From the IMG/VR virus record IMGVR_UViG_3300024346_000015, positions 1 through 53,614 of that record: a stretch of 53,614 nt of DNA; one strand, 5' to 3'. Positions 33,371 to 43,957 of the stretch are shown here, one piece after another. Positions within the stretch are counted from its first letter, which is position 1, and every line of letters starts with the position of its first letter. The position numbers and the translations under genes are program-made. The notes beneath the pieces are model-generated. The model was given only the letters and a program-made list of their open reading frames with translations, was not told where the DNA came from and did no database searches. Origin of the DNA: a virus.

Positions 33371-36052
33371 TTAATTATTCAGTAGAGTTCCGCTCGCATC
33401 GTAAACATCTATAATTCTATCTGCTACACGATTTAAAGCGGTCACTATATCTTGGTTATGTGAATCGTAGAAACTAGATAAACTTGTTCTCGTACCAAGA
33501 TCGCTATCTACTTCATTGATCGCACCGACAAGATCGGTTGCAGTAGTATTTAGTGTTGTGCCAGGCGTGATAGTTCCAGCCGTTGTAACATTCGCACCAC
33601 TGAATGTCAATACAGTGGTATCACCAGATCTTACTATCAAGTTACCCGAAGTATTCTGGAATCTACCGAACTGAGTTCCACCGTCTTTAAGTAGTACGTC
33701 ACCACCGTCTGCATCTAGTACTATGTCACCAGCAACATCCATAGTCAGACTACCACCAAAGACTTTCATCTCAGTACCAGCGCTTGGTGCATGATTGTAA
33801 TCGAACTCGACTCTTGTCGTATCAGCAGAGTCTCTGAAGAATACCTGACCATCATCTACATCAAAGTAAAGATTCTTCTGAGTGTTTGTGATAAGACTTC
33901 TGTTATGTACTGTCATGTAGGCGACATCAGCAGTACTGGCACCTAGATCAAAGGATATACCATTTGAGTCCGCAGTCTTGAATACAATGTCTTCACCACG
34001 AGAGTTTAATACGATATCACCGCTTGCATCAAGGTTGATACCACCAGTAGTATTCTTTATCGTGTTGCTGTTGATATTGAAGTTTGCGATAGTACCACTA
34101 TCACCATCTAGGTTGTCCGCAAATACTGTTCCGTCAAACCATGCGTGTCTCCATTGAAGAGTGGACGATCCAAGATTGTTTGCGTTAGTTGTTTTTGGTA
34201 AAATATTAGTATCAACTTTACCGTTTATAGAAATGTCATCTGCAGCCGCATTACCCAGATCAACATGACCATTCAATGTAGTATTACCATCTACATTCAG
34301 TGTTCCATCAACATCAAGGTTGTCCTCAATGTTTACGTCTGAGTTAAATACTACATCTGAATCGTTGAATGATGCAGCAAGGATTCCGTTTGAGTAGATA
34401 CCTAATTGGTTATCACCGATGTGTTTGAATCGACCAAACTCTGTTCCGTTGTCTTTAAGAATAACGTCATCTGCAGCTGCATCTAGGATGATATCTCCAG
34501 TTGCATCTACAGTAAAGTTCCCAGCAACGTCTAGTTCTAGACCGCCTTGTGAGTACAACTGTCGAACTAAGGTAGCGTCTCCCGCCATACCCATTTGAGT
34601 CTTGACGAATTGCGTACCTTGTCTAGAGAAGATAAGGTCACTGTCGCCAACATCTAATGTAAGGTCATTCTGAACATCTAATGTTAAACTACCTACTACA
34701 TCGATTTCTTGATCAGCAGCGAAGTTGAAAGTAAACTTGTTTACTCCATTGTCTTTCATGACGATGTCGGCACCATTCGCATCTAGGACAATATCGGTTT
34801 CCGCATCTAGTGTGATGCTACCAGTTGTCTTTACGAGAGTGTTACCAGTAGTATCAATTTCTAGGTCACCGCCAGTCACAACATCGAGTGTTCCTCGTGT
34901 ATCGATGTCCATGTTTCCAGTCGCACCGATATGGTATGTACCAACTGCACTGTCCGATACATTACCTGTAACCGTTTCGGTTCGGTTACCAGTTGTTGCG
35001 ATTGTGGTTGTTGTGCCTAGAGTATATTCTTGACGTGTTGTACCACCATCTTTTAATCTTATATTGTCTCCACCGGCATCAATGATGATATCGTTAGCTA
35101 CATCAAGTGTCAGATTATTTGGAGTAGTGACAGTAAGGTTTCCATCATTAGCAAGATTGATCTGTGCAGAATCAGCACCCGCTCCATTTCTGAAGACTAG
35201 GTCATTACCATCCGCATCTAGGATGATATCTCCAACCACATCAAGTGTATAGGAGCCTGGAGCAGTAACCGTATATCCAGCACCATTCGCAAGAGTATGA
35301 GTTACTTGGTCTGCGCCAGTACCATTCTTAAAGATAATGTCGTTACCGTCTGCGTCCAGAGTAATATCTCCGGATACATCTAGATTAAGATTTCCAGCAA
35401 CGTCTAGTTCTAAACCACCCTGTTGATATAATTGTCTTGTTAAAGTATCATCACCTTCCATACCCATCTGAGTCTTGACAAAGACGGTACCTTGTCTACG
35501 GAAGAAGATGTCACTGTCACCGGCATCAAGGATTACGTCTGCGCCAGCGTCCAGTATGATATCATTAGATGCGTTAAGGTCAATATGTCCACCTGTCGCA
35601 TTTACTACTAACGCACCCAGTGTGTCTATATTGTGATTGCCAGTTGTTGTTATTGATCTAATACCACCAACAGAATCAGTAAAGTTCCCTTCAGTATTAA
35701 CAATGTAGGTTCCGGAATAGTCACCCTCAAAATTAACACTGGTCAGTTCGATATCCGCAACCGCATCAACAAGAAAGTCTCGACCAGCATCGATATCAAT
35801 GTCCGTACCACTACTTTGATTAGTACTAATCTTTAGTCGTGTCTGAGTCTCCCCCGCTTGTCCGTTGGGATATAAGATCTCACCAGCAGATGCGTCAAAT
35901 GTGGCTTCGATTTCATTAATTACTGTGACAAGATCGCTGTCTTGATAGGTATTCAGTTGTAATGGGTCGCCTACGTTATTAGATAATATATTGAACTTGT
36001 CAACAAATATCTTAAACGATTCTTGCATTCTTACTATTGGTTTTCGTGACAT
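33371..36052 (-). CDS. Fibre/baseplate-associated protein with repeated DI.LDA.G.DI.F units (probable trimeric beta structure)
   Basis: 893 aa, many LDA repeats, DLV.AINE motif at both ends, NLGSSTLQWR motif. Confidence 0.75.
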   Translation of the reverse strand: MSRKPIVRMQESFKIFVDKFNILSNNVGDPLQLNTYQDSDLVTVINEIEATFDASAGEILYPNGQAGETQTRLKISTNQSSGTDIDIDAGRDFLVDAVADIELTSVNFEGDYSGTYIVNTEGNFTDSVGGIRSITTTGNHNIDTLGALVVNATGGHIDLNASNDIILDAGADVILDAGDSDIFFRRQGTVFVKTQMGMEGDDTLTRQLYQQGGLELDVAGNLNLDVSGDITLDADGNDIIFKNGTGADQVTHTLANGAGYTVTAPGSYTLDVVGDIILDADGNDLVFRNGAGADSAQINLANDGNLTVTTPNNLTLDVANDIIIDAGGDNIRLKDGGTTRQEYTLGTTTTIATTGNRTETVTGNVSDSAVGTYHIGATGNMDIDTRGTLDVVTGGDLEIDTTGNTLVKTTGSITLDAETDIVLDANGADIVMKDNGVNKFTFNFAADQEIDVVGSLTLDVQNDLTLDVGDSDLIFSRQGTQFVKTQMGMAGDATLVRQLYSQGGLELDVAGNFTVDATGDIILDAAADDVILKDNGTEFGRFKHIGDNQLGIYSNGILAASFNDSDVVFNSDVNIEDNLDVDGTLNVDGNTTLNGHVDLGNAAADDISINGKVDTNILPKTTNANNLGSSTLQWRHAWFDGTVFADNLDGDSGTIANFNINSNTIKNTTGGINLDASGDIVLNSRGEDIVFKTADSNGISFDLGASTADVAYMTVHNRSLITNTQKNLYFDVDDGQVFFRDSADTTRVEFDYNHAPSAGTEMKVFGGSLTMDVAGDIVLDADGGDVLLKDGGTQFGRFQNTSGNLIVRSGDTTVLTFSGANVTTAGTITPGTTLNTTATDLVGAINEVDSDLGTRTSLSSFYDSHNQDIVTALNRVADRIIDVYDASGTLLNN

Positions 36053-36282
36053 TATAGTTTCTCTAGTAGTTGGGAAAGCATACTTTTCATGTCTGAGATA
36101 TCACTCTCTAGACCCTCTACCTTTGCCTTCAATTCCTGTTCTTCTTTTCTCTGCAATCTTCGTATACGTTTCCGTTCACGCGATTCCTGAATCTTATTAC
36201 TATTTATATTATTAATCGCCCCAGTTTCTGGGTCACGGACTAAATCCGCGTGACCCTCCACTGGAATAAAGTTAGTCTGCAA
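36052..36282 (-). CDS. Conserved small hypothetical protein
   Basis: VEGH..LVRD..TGAI.N plus coiled coil, typical downstream of the DUF4815 gene in marine T4-likes. Confidence 0.75.
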   Translation of the reverse strand: MQTNFIPVEGHADLVRDPETGAINNINSNKIQESRERKRIRRLQRKEEQELKAKVEGLESDISDMKSMLSQLLEKL

Positions 36283-39200
36283 GTGCGATACACCTCAAGT
36301 CTTTAATCAACGGTACGCTAGCTGAGTTAGTACTACCGAACACCATCTTCAACTGGAACTGATCGAATGGATCTATTGTTCCGGTAAGTCCACCAATTAA
36401 GAATCCATACTCACGGAAAGTGTTTCTGTTAGTATCCGCAGGCATATCATTCTGTGTTGGTACTGGAGTCCAGTGCAACCCTTTGATGTTTGTATCTTTA
36501 GATGCAGTTCTGTAGTATAGAACGAAACCAGTCTCTGGCGGTCGGTTAACACTCATCATTACTCGTAGACCAACAGCAGTTTCTGCAAGTTTGATTGGGA
36601 TACAAACGTGTTTCGCAGCCGCAGTACCTTTGCCAGGGAATACTTCATCGACAAATAAGATTCTGTCAGAGTATTTCTCATTCAAGTATGTGTTAACGAC
36701 ACGTTGATCAGATGCATCAATGATGTTACTAGTCAACTTCAGATCCGTAGATTCCAAATCCAATACAGGACTTACACGTGGATCTGTTGTTGTGAAAATA
36801 ACATTTGATGTCAACGAGTGTTGTTCGTTAGCAATCAGAGTAGTCTCCGATCCTTCTTCGAACTGGTTGTAGACGGCAAATGGTCTGGTCAACGTTGTAT
36901 TATTCTTGTTAGGTAATACTTGGAAGTTGTTGTCCACTTCGAATCTACCTGTATCAGAATCACACAGAGTAGAGTTAGTAGTCATCTTAAACGATATTGT
37001 AGCGTTAGTCGTCTCTGGTTGAGTCAGATCAAAGTCTGGTCTGATTGTTTCGTATGGTAAGTGTTGTAACATTCTTACCTTACCACCACCAGTTCGACCA
37101 GATGCAGTAGCGTCCGAATCAGATGCGAATGATATGGAGTTAGCGTCTACCGAAGTAACAATACGGTTGTAACCAGTACCATCCATGATAGATGAACCTA
37201 AGATACCGTTGTATCGAGTATTCGCATCCAAACCAAAGATTCGAGTCTTATCACCTCTACGCATACCGTGTGAATCCCTAGGCCCTAACTTCATGGTGAC
37301 GATATTACTACCTTCAGTGGTCATGATAGGATTAGATACCAAGGTCTGTGGTCTTAGGTTACGGTTGTGTAGGAATGCAGTACCAGAAGACTGGAAGTCA
37401 GCACGATACAACACATATGCAAGATCCTGTTTACCACGTGGTTCCCAAACGTCTGTGTTCTGAGACACGAATAACGAACCAAGAGTAGGTTGCTTCATGA
37501 TACGTCTTTCGGTAGAACCTAACTGGAACTGTTCAACTTCAGAGATGTACATCTTGTACTTCATAGAAAGTGAACGAACGATGATCGCATAGTTTGAACC
37601 ACCACCCTGTAGGAATACGGGTTCGTCAAAGATAAAGTCTGTACCGTTGGCAACCATACTACCGATAGATTCGGTCGGTACAGTACGAACTTGAGATGGG
37701 ACAGCTTCTTTAAACGAGCCAGGCACTCTTCGTGTACGATCTGGATAACCATTAGGTGCTTGAGTGATCGCGACACTAACAGTGTGTTGTTCATCATTAG
37801 CGCCAGGTTTCTCAGCAAAGTACAAACGTAATCGAGTTATGTAGACACCATTTGGATCAAGAACTTCGAACGACTGTGCAGTCGGATCTTCGTCCTTATT
37901 ATGTTTCATGGCATTCTTTTGATACTGTACTTGTCCGGCAGCATTTGCAACAACTGGATCGTCCGGATCATACACCTTACCATCAATGGTAAATGTAGTA
38001 CTTGGGTTAGTAGTACCAGTACCAGAACCAGCGTTGGCAGATCCTGCCGGTGCTTGTGAGTATTCTGTACCGGAGTTAGACGTAACCAATACTGTGGTAT
38101 CACCCACAATTTCAGTGTTTGTTTCTACGTTACCATAGACCTGAGTCCGAGTAGTTTCGGTTGTTCCGTTAGTTTCGGTCTCAGTAGTAACAACTGTATC
38201 TGTGGAGACAGTCGATTCACTATGAACACCAGTAGTAGTAGTTGTGGTTTGACCACCAACAATCTCTAACACTCGTGTGTTAGTAATAGTATAGTCACCA
38301 GTCAAGTTCTCGATAACACCAGCAGATGTGTAGAACTGAGCACAATATGAAAGTGCGTGACCCACGTCTGGTTTACTGATATCGAATAACGAGAATACCG
38401 CAGAACCACTCTTGAATCGCATTGGTGGATTGACCAAGTTTGGAATCTCAAATTCACCTTCAATGATACCATTGGAGTTAGAGATCAAATCACCAGAACC
38501 TTCGGAGTGACCTAAGCCAGGCGGAATGTCTATCTGAGTAACCATGTTGGTTCCGTCATCCGCAATAGTGTAATCGGGATCTGGATAAGTCGATGACTTG
38601 TAGAAAGTCTTCGGTTTACAGAAATCTTTCACATCTGTGTTATTGAAGAATGGGAAGTAACGTGTGTTCGGACGTAAGTTAGTCGCTTTGAACGATACCT
38701 TACGTGATCGCATAAACGGTACGTGAATGATTTGTAATTCACGATTATCGACAACTTCAGTAAGAACACTTTCACTAGCGATACGGTTCACAGTAGATGA
38801 AGTATCGGTGGTGGTAGTAAATTCTTGAGTAGTCTCAGTCTCAGTTTCGGTAGTTACCGTATTAGTTCTTTCGTAACTAGTATTGGTAACTGTCTCAACT
38901 GTACTGACATCACGGTGTGAAGTTGTTATGGTATCGGTGTTGGTCTGATACACATTGACAGTAGTTGTAGTACCTACGCCACCAAGACCAAATGTTACAG
39001 TGTGTACACCATTGAGACTGCTTGTAGATGCACCTTGACCAGTACCATTGTTGATGTAGAAGTATAGGTGACATGAACCAGTCTTCTTACCGACAAGTTT
39101 TACCTTCATGCCACTGCTGATGGAAGTAGTGGTGTTAGTGATTAGTGTCCAAGCACCACCACCGGAATTCTGTTTGTATAGGTCTGCGATATCTCTGTGA

Positions 39201-42200
39201 GCACCACATCGGAAGACTCTACCCCAAGCACGGGTAGCAGTAATTACGATTTCGTCCTTGACCTTTGCCTCAATCGCAGATGCTCCATTCGACCAAGTAG
39301 ACCCGCTCGGAGGTTCATTCTTATTAATCGTCTGACCAGTATATGCAGCTTCAGATGTTGTAGTAGCGACTACAAAGTCACCAGCAACTTGGTTATGATC
39401 GCGTGAAAGAACTTCGACACCACTACCGATAACTTCACTAGTAGAAGTCGAACCAGTCTCAACCCAATCACCATGATCTACAGTGACATCTTCACCTGTT
39501 TGACGGGTAGACTCACCTGTCACCGCTACGGACTGTGAACTTGATACTAACGGAGAGGTTTGCATTCCAACACGCAAGTCGTTTACGTTAGTACCACCCC
39601 ATGCATATTCTTGTTCGTTCCAAAGAAGTGCTTGAGATGCGTCAAACTCTGTACCACCATCGACAACCATCGGTGCGTCTTGTTTGAACGACTTCCAAGT
39701 ATCTTTAGATGGAGACAGTACTAAGTCACCATAAGTCTTTTCAACATGGAATGGGTTGACATTAATTGTCTGAGATGCCATGTTCTGTGCGAAGTATTGT
39801 ACTTCAGTGTGATCCAGATAAAGGTTATCACCCTTCTGAACCATACGATTGGTACTACTATGATTGGAGTCGAATAACATCTCGACAGTATCACAAGTAT
39901 AGCCAGGACGGATGACACCCTTTGTGGGATCATGTGACGCACGGTGTTCTATAGACTTAGTGTCCATGAACTTCTGGTTCTTGAAGTTATCAACAAAGAA
40001 ACCAGTGTGGATACGTTCGTTACCATCGGAGTCAAACAATCTTTCGTTAGTCGCATTAAGTTCCAACAAAGAAAGAGTGGTTGCTTGTTCTAGACGGTCT
40101 ACACGTTTGTCCAGTTTACCGATATCTTCCATCGTGTAACCACGTCTTGGAATGATAGTGGTTTTGAGATCCTTAGTGTGTAATGTGTTTGCACCAAGTT
40201 CGATCTTATAGAGATCAATACAATCTACCGGAGTAGATGGGAACTTAGGCATCATTGAAGATACACCCTGAATGTAACGCAACTCACCACTCTTAGACAA
40301 TACTAATTTGTCCAGACGTGGCATGTAGTATTCTGCATCAGCGTTAACAAGATTATTACTTGAGGGCAGACCAAAGATTAGTGGACTAGAACCGAAGACA
40401 CCGTTGGAGTCAACCGAAGGACGGAAATCTAAAACGTCTCGTAGACTGACCAATCGACCTTTTTCAGTTCTATGTACCGGAATGTTTGAGTAATCAACGG
40501 TACCGTCATATGAGTTTACACCAAAGAACTCACCATCACCAGTTTGGTGTTGGAAGTGTTTGAATGAAACGTGGATATTCTGTCCCGCAGAATCAAGGCC
40601 AGAACCACCGTAGAGTAGTTTACCTAAGTCATAGTGAGTGTCACGTTGACCGTAATCTATACGGAATAGGTTTAATAGGTTTTTACCGTTAGCACTATCT
40701 TCTCGTACACCATCGATACTATAGATGTCAGTCTTTCTCAAGTTAATGAACTGAGTACCTGAACTATCTGAAGATAAGTTAAATGTATCTGCGACAGGCG
40801 TCAGAGTTTTAACTCGTTGTTGAGCGTTAGAGATCTTCTCAAAGTACTGGATAGTGTAGACAGTGTTATTGGCTAGTTCACTAACAGTAGTAGAAGATGC
40901 ACCAAAGTTGATTATAGCACCATCAACTCGTGCTTCGGTCGCAGATGAAACTATCCAGTTACCTACGTTGTCTAATGCATTACCACTAGAAGCAGTGACA
41001 GAAAAGTTACCACTACCATCGGATGTAATAACCTTACGCTTAGCAACAGTAAGAGAGATGTCACTGAAGATTTTAGGACGTGAGATAGGTGTGTCAAACA
41101 ACAATGGACGTTTGTCGGATTGTTGTAATGCAGCACGCTCAGATCGGTTTGTACCTAAACCAGCAGTAAGAATTACGTTATAGTATAACCCACCATTAAC
41201 ACCGATCGAACGTATGTCACGGATACTCTTGGCTGCGTTAGAAATTCTTGTATTGAATACAAATAGATGTATACGATCATCACCTATTGGACTAGATGCA
41301 CGTACACGTGTAGTACCAATTACGTTACCACCGGCATTCACTGCATCAAACAGTTGCAGTTCTTGAACATTCTCAAAGTCAGCCATACCTTGACTAGACG
41401 CTGCGTTTATGATAAAGTAGTTACCATAGTTGACAGTGATTGAATCGTTGTTTCTAGATAAAGTCTTTATTGGTTTCTCAACAATGATTGTGGACTCAGC
41501 GTCCTTGTTGATACGGTAACCCTGAACATATGCAGTTCCGGGCGTGACCTTCAACTTCATTGTAGTGAGATCGTTTGGTTCGAACGAAGAACGGAAGTAA
41601 CGTTTAACATAGTCACCCGCAGTTTCGCGAGTACGTGTTGCCATCTCTTCTTTGATAGACTTGAAACCAGAACTAGCGGTTACTGCACTAACAATGTCAC
41701 CACCTAAAACTTCGATTACCTGAATGAAGTTCTTAGCGACTGTGGTAGTACGACCATCAGCAAGTGTTAAAGTGATACGATAACGGTCAGCGCCAGGCGA
41801 TGTTAAGTTTGGAGTCTCACCTTGGTTGTCGTATAGAGTCGTGTCATCATCGACAGTAACAATCTCTTGATCGATAAGGAATCCGAATCGACTAGATTGG
41901 TTAGTAGAGTACTTACCGAATATCAGACTTTGTGGTGGACAATATACAACACGTCCCTGAACAAAGAAGTGTCCTTCATCAACCGATATCTCTGACGCTA
42001 AACCGACAGCTGGGTTGTTAGAAGTATTGATCGACTGTACTTCGAATGTGAATCCACCTGTAGTACTCGTAATGGTACTACCTGAACCAACTCTAGTAGA
42101 TGTTGCACCCGTGTTTGTATCTGACGTGTATTCTACATAGAGAGTATCGGGATCACCGTCTACCGCTGCAATGTACTGAATGACACGGAATTTAATTGTA

Positions 42201-42517
42201 GGGTTTAAATTGTTTACCGAAAACTCAACACCTTCCAAGACTGACGGATCAGAAGGAAATGGTGTTAATGGGTTTATCTTGATGAATTCAAGACCATTGT
42301 CTACCTTGAAAGATCCCGGCGTGATTGCAGAACCTTCTTCGAAAAGATTGCCTCCAATCTGAGAGATTTCAGACTGAATAATAGTCTGCATCTGTGTAAG
42401 TTCACGAGCCTGAAGCGCCTTACCACTATTGAACAACACACGATGATAGTTCTTAGTCTTATCGTAGTCGTCCTTATAAGTGGATGGAAAGCTTGATTTT
42501 GTGTAAATAGTCGGCAT
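36272..42517 (-). CDS. Large virion structural protein, DUF4815/VrlC-like
   Basis: YKDDYD..KNYHRVLF.SG.ALQARELTQMQTI, PGADRY, YTMEDIGKL.KR, GFFVDNF, DPTAQSF, P.IKDLR.IAL. Confidence 0.9.
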   Translation of the reverse strand: MPTIYTKSSFPSTYKDDYDKTKNYHRVLFNSGKALQARELTQMQTIIQSEISQIGGNLFEEGSAITPGSFKVDNGLEFIKINPLTPFPSDPSVLEGVEFSVNNLNPTIKFRVIQYIAAVDGDPDTLYVEYTSDTNTGATSTRVGSGSTITSTTGGFTFEVQSINTSNNPAVGLASEISVDEGHFFVQGRVVYCPPQSLIFGKYSTNQSSRFGFLIDQEIVTVDDDTTLYDNQGETPNLTSPGADRYRITLTLADGRTTTVAKNFIQVIEVLGGDIVSAVTASSGFKSIKEEMATRTRETAGDYVKRYFRSSFEPNDLTTMKLKVTPGTAYVQGYRINKDAESTIIVEKPIKTLSRNNDSITVNYGNYFIINAASSQGMADFENVQELQLFDAVNAGGNVIGTTRVRASSPIGDDRIHLFVFNTRISNAAKSIRDIRSIGVNGGLYYNVILTAGLGTNRSERAALQQSDKRPLLFDTPISRPKIFSDISLTVAKRKVITSDGSGNFSVTASSGNALDNVGNWIVSSATEARVDGAIINFGASSTTVSELANNTVYTIQYFEKISNAQQRVKTLTPVADTFNLSSDSSGTQFINLRKTDIYSIDGVREDSANGKNLLNLFRIDYGQRDTHYDLGKLLYGGSGLDSAGQNIHVSFKHFQHQTGDGEFFGVNSYDGTVDYSNIPVHRTEKGRLVSLRDVLDFRPSVDSNGVFGSSPLIFGLPSSNNLVNADAEYYMPRLDKLVLSKSGELRYIQGVSSMMPKFPSTPVDCIDLYKIELGANTLHTKDLKTTIIPRRGYTMEDIGKLDKRVDRLEQATTLSLLELNATNERLFDSDGNERIHTGFFVDNFKNQKFMDTKSIEHRASHDPTKGVIRPGYTCDTVEMLFDSNHSSTNRMVQKGDNLYLDHTEVQYFAQNMASQTINVNPFHVEKTYGDLVLSPSKDTWKSFKQDAPMVVDGGTEFDASQALLWNEQEYAWGGTNVNDLRVGMQTSPLVSSSQSVAVTGESTRQTGEDVTVDHGDWVETGSTSTSEVIGSGVEVLSRDHNQVAGDFVVATTTSEAAYTGQTINKNEPPSGSTWSNGASAIEAKVKDEIVITATRAWGRVFRCGAHRDIADLYKQNSGGGAWTLITNTTTSISSGMKVKLVGKKTGSCHLYFYINNGTGQGASTSSLNGVHTVTFGLGGVGTTTTVNVYQTNTDTITTSHRDVSTVETVTNTSYERTNTVTTETETETTQEFTTTTDTSSTVNRIASESVLTEVVDNRELQIIHVPFMRSRKVSFKATNLRPNTRYFPFFNNTDVKDFCKPKTFYKSSTYPDPDYTIADDGTNMVTQIDIPPGLGHSEGSGDLISNSNGIIEGEFEIPNLVNPPMRFKSGSAVFSLFDISKPDVGHALSYCAQFYTSAGVIENLTGDYTITNTRVLEIVGGQTTTTTTGVHSESTVSTDTVVTTETETNGTTETTRTQVYGNVETNTEIVGDTTVLVTSNSGTEYSQAPAGSANAGSGTGTTNPSTTFTIDGKVYDPDDPVVANAAGQVQYQKNAMKHNKDEDPTAQSFEVLDPNGVYITRLRLYFAEKPGANDEQHTVSVAITQAPNGYPDRTRRVPGSFKEAVPSQVRTVPTESIGSMVANGTDFIFDEPVFLQGGGSNYAIIVRSLSMKYKMYISEVEQFQLGSTERRIMKQPTLGSLFVSQNTDVWEPRGKQDLAYVLYRADFQSSGTAFLHNRNLRPQTLVSNPIMTTEGSNIVTMKLGPRDSHGMRRGDKTRIFGLDANTRYNGILGSSIMDGTGYNRIVTSVDANSISFASDSDATASGRTGGGKVRMLQHLPYETIRPDFDLTQPETTNATISFKMTTNSTLCDSDTGRFEVDNNFQVLPNKNNTTLTRPFAVYNQFEEGSETTLIANEQHSLTSNVIFTTTDPRVSPVLDLESTDLKLTSNIIDASDQRVVNTYLNEKYSDRILFVDEVFPGKGTAAAKHVCIPIKLAETAVGLRVMMSVNRPPETGFVLYYRTASKDTNIKGLHWTPVPTQNDMPADTNRNTFREYGFLIGGLTGTIDPFDQFQLKMVFGSTNSASVPLIKDLRCIALAD

Positions 42518-42532
42518 CTTTAAGTACTACCC

Positions 42533-43948
42533 TTAGAGTTGTATGATGATTTTAAGGTCTTCAATTTGTTCCGCAGATCGATCTACAGCGGCCCTATTAT
42601 CTATGTAAAGAAGTTCGCCTGTCATCGGATCAAAACTTCCTTTTAATATCTTATTTATTGTACCAGTATTACCACTTGGATCTGTCACAGTAGTTCCGGA
42701 ATCAAATGCAGTAAATCCTGTACCTTCATTCTGGTGAATGAACAGTCTAGCAGTAAGTGCTGAACCGTTAAGTGAATCTACTGTATCTATATATGCCTTC
42801 GCACCAGCTGCGTCCGTGATGTAGGTATCTTCAACAAACGTACCACTAGTGGAAGTCAGTTCTAACTTATCGACACCCAATCCAGTAGATTCCGTGAAGA
42901 ATGCACCAGCACTGTCATAGTTAGCAATCAAAGGATTACGTAACAGACATACTTGACGGAAGGTGTTGGTACCTAAGATAAAGTCACCGTTCTCCGAACC
43001 ATCAATCTTAGAGTTAAACATTACCGCAGATGAACGTAGATCGTCACGTGGATCCGCACCTAAACCATTAGGTGAACCAAGTATCGCAACACCAGCTGCA
43101 TCGTCACCCACACCAGCAATCACAACATTGGCGCGAGTATAACCCGAACCACGGTATGAACCTGTTGCCCAACCCAATGGGTTATTACCAGAAAGGTTAC
43201 CGGCAGAATCTTCTTTTATTTTTAAGTTTACAAGTGAGTTACCAGAGATCACTGGAGTCACTATCGCACCTGTACCATCACCAACAATAGTTGCTGTAGG
43301 AGTAGATGTATATGATGTACCACCGGCGGTTACTCGTAGACCGATAATCTGACCTTTAATTGCAGCAAGTTCTACCGCACGTTGTTCTACTTGTTCCGCA
43401 GTCGCATCAACAGATGCAGCCGTGTCTGAGTCAACAAACTGTACAGGCATATAGGCAGAAGAAAGGAACTTAGATGCATTCAATGCACCGATAGAGTACA
43501 GGAACTTCCAGACGTAATCGTCAGAAGTACGGAAAGGTGTACCAGTAGTATTACCTGTCGGTTGAATAGTAGAGTTCTGAACAACACCAGCCGCATCTTT
43601 ACCTTGTTGTAAACAGATGTATACTTCTTGGTTACTGTTCATAACATAGAAAGGTTGTAGAGGATATCCTACATGGTTATCATCAAACGCAGAATACTGT
43701 GTACCAGAAGACCAGTTGTATCGAGGAATCGCGAATGTCTTATCCGTAATGTTCTTGATAGACTGCATGTTCAGTCGTGCGTCACGTTCGTCTCTTACAC
43801 GATTCTGTGGGATAATAGCGGTATCACTATCGTTCCAACCTTCCGACCTAGCGATACCAGCGTAGTATCGAACAGAACCGGCGTCAAAGTCCGCAAACAA
43901 TTCCTCTAGAAAGAGTTTTTTAATTTTATCAGTTACTATGGCAGCCAT
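42533..43948 (-). CDS. gp8: Baseplate wedge protein gp8
   Basis: IPRYNWSSG, FYVMNS...VYICL, DDYVWKFLYSI, GELLYIDNR, EDLKIIIQL. Confidence 0.93.
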   Translation of the reverse strand: MAAIVTDKIKKLFLEELFADFDAGSVRYYAGIARSEGWNDSDTAIIPQNRVRDERDARLNMQSIKNITDKTFAIPRYNWSSGTQYSAFDDNHVGYPLQPFYVMNSNQEVYICLQQGKDAAGVVQNSTIQPTGNTTGTPFRTSDDYVWKFLYSIGALNASKFLSSAYMPVQFVDSDTAASVDATAEQVEQRAVELAAIKGQIIGLRVTAGGTSYTSTPTATIVGDGTGAIVTPVISGNSLVNLKIKEDSAGNLSGNNPLGWATGSYRGSGYTRANVVIAGVGDDAAGVAILGSPNGLGADPRDDLRSSAVMFNSKIDGSENGDFILGTNTFRQVCLLRNPLIANYDSAGAFFTESTGLGVDKLELTSTSGTFVEDTYITDAAGAKAYIDTVDSLNGSALTARLFIHQNEGTGFTAFDSGTTVTDPSGNTGTINKILKGSFDPMTGELLYIDNRAAVDRSAEQIEDLKIIIQL

Positions 43949-43957
43949 CTATATGTC

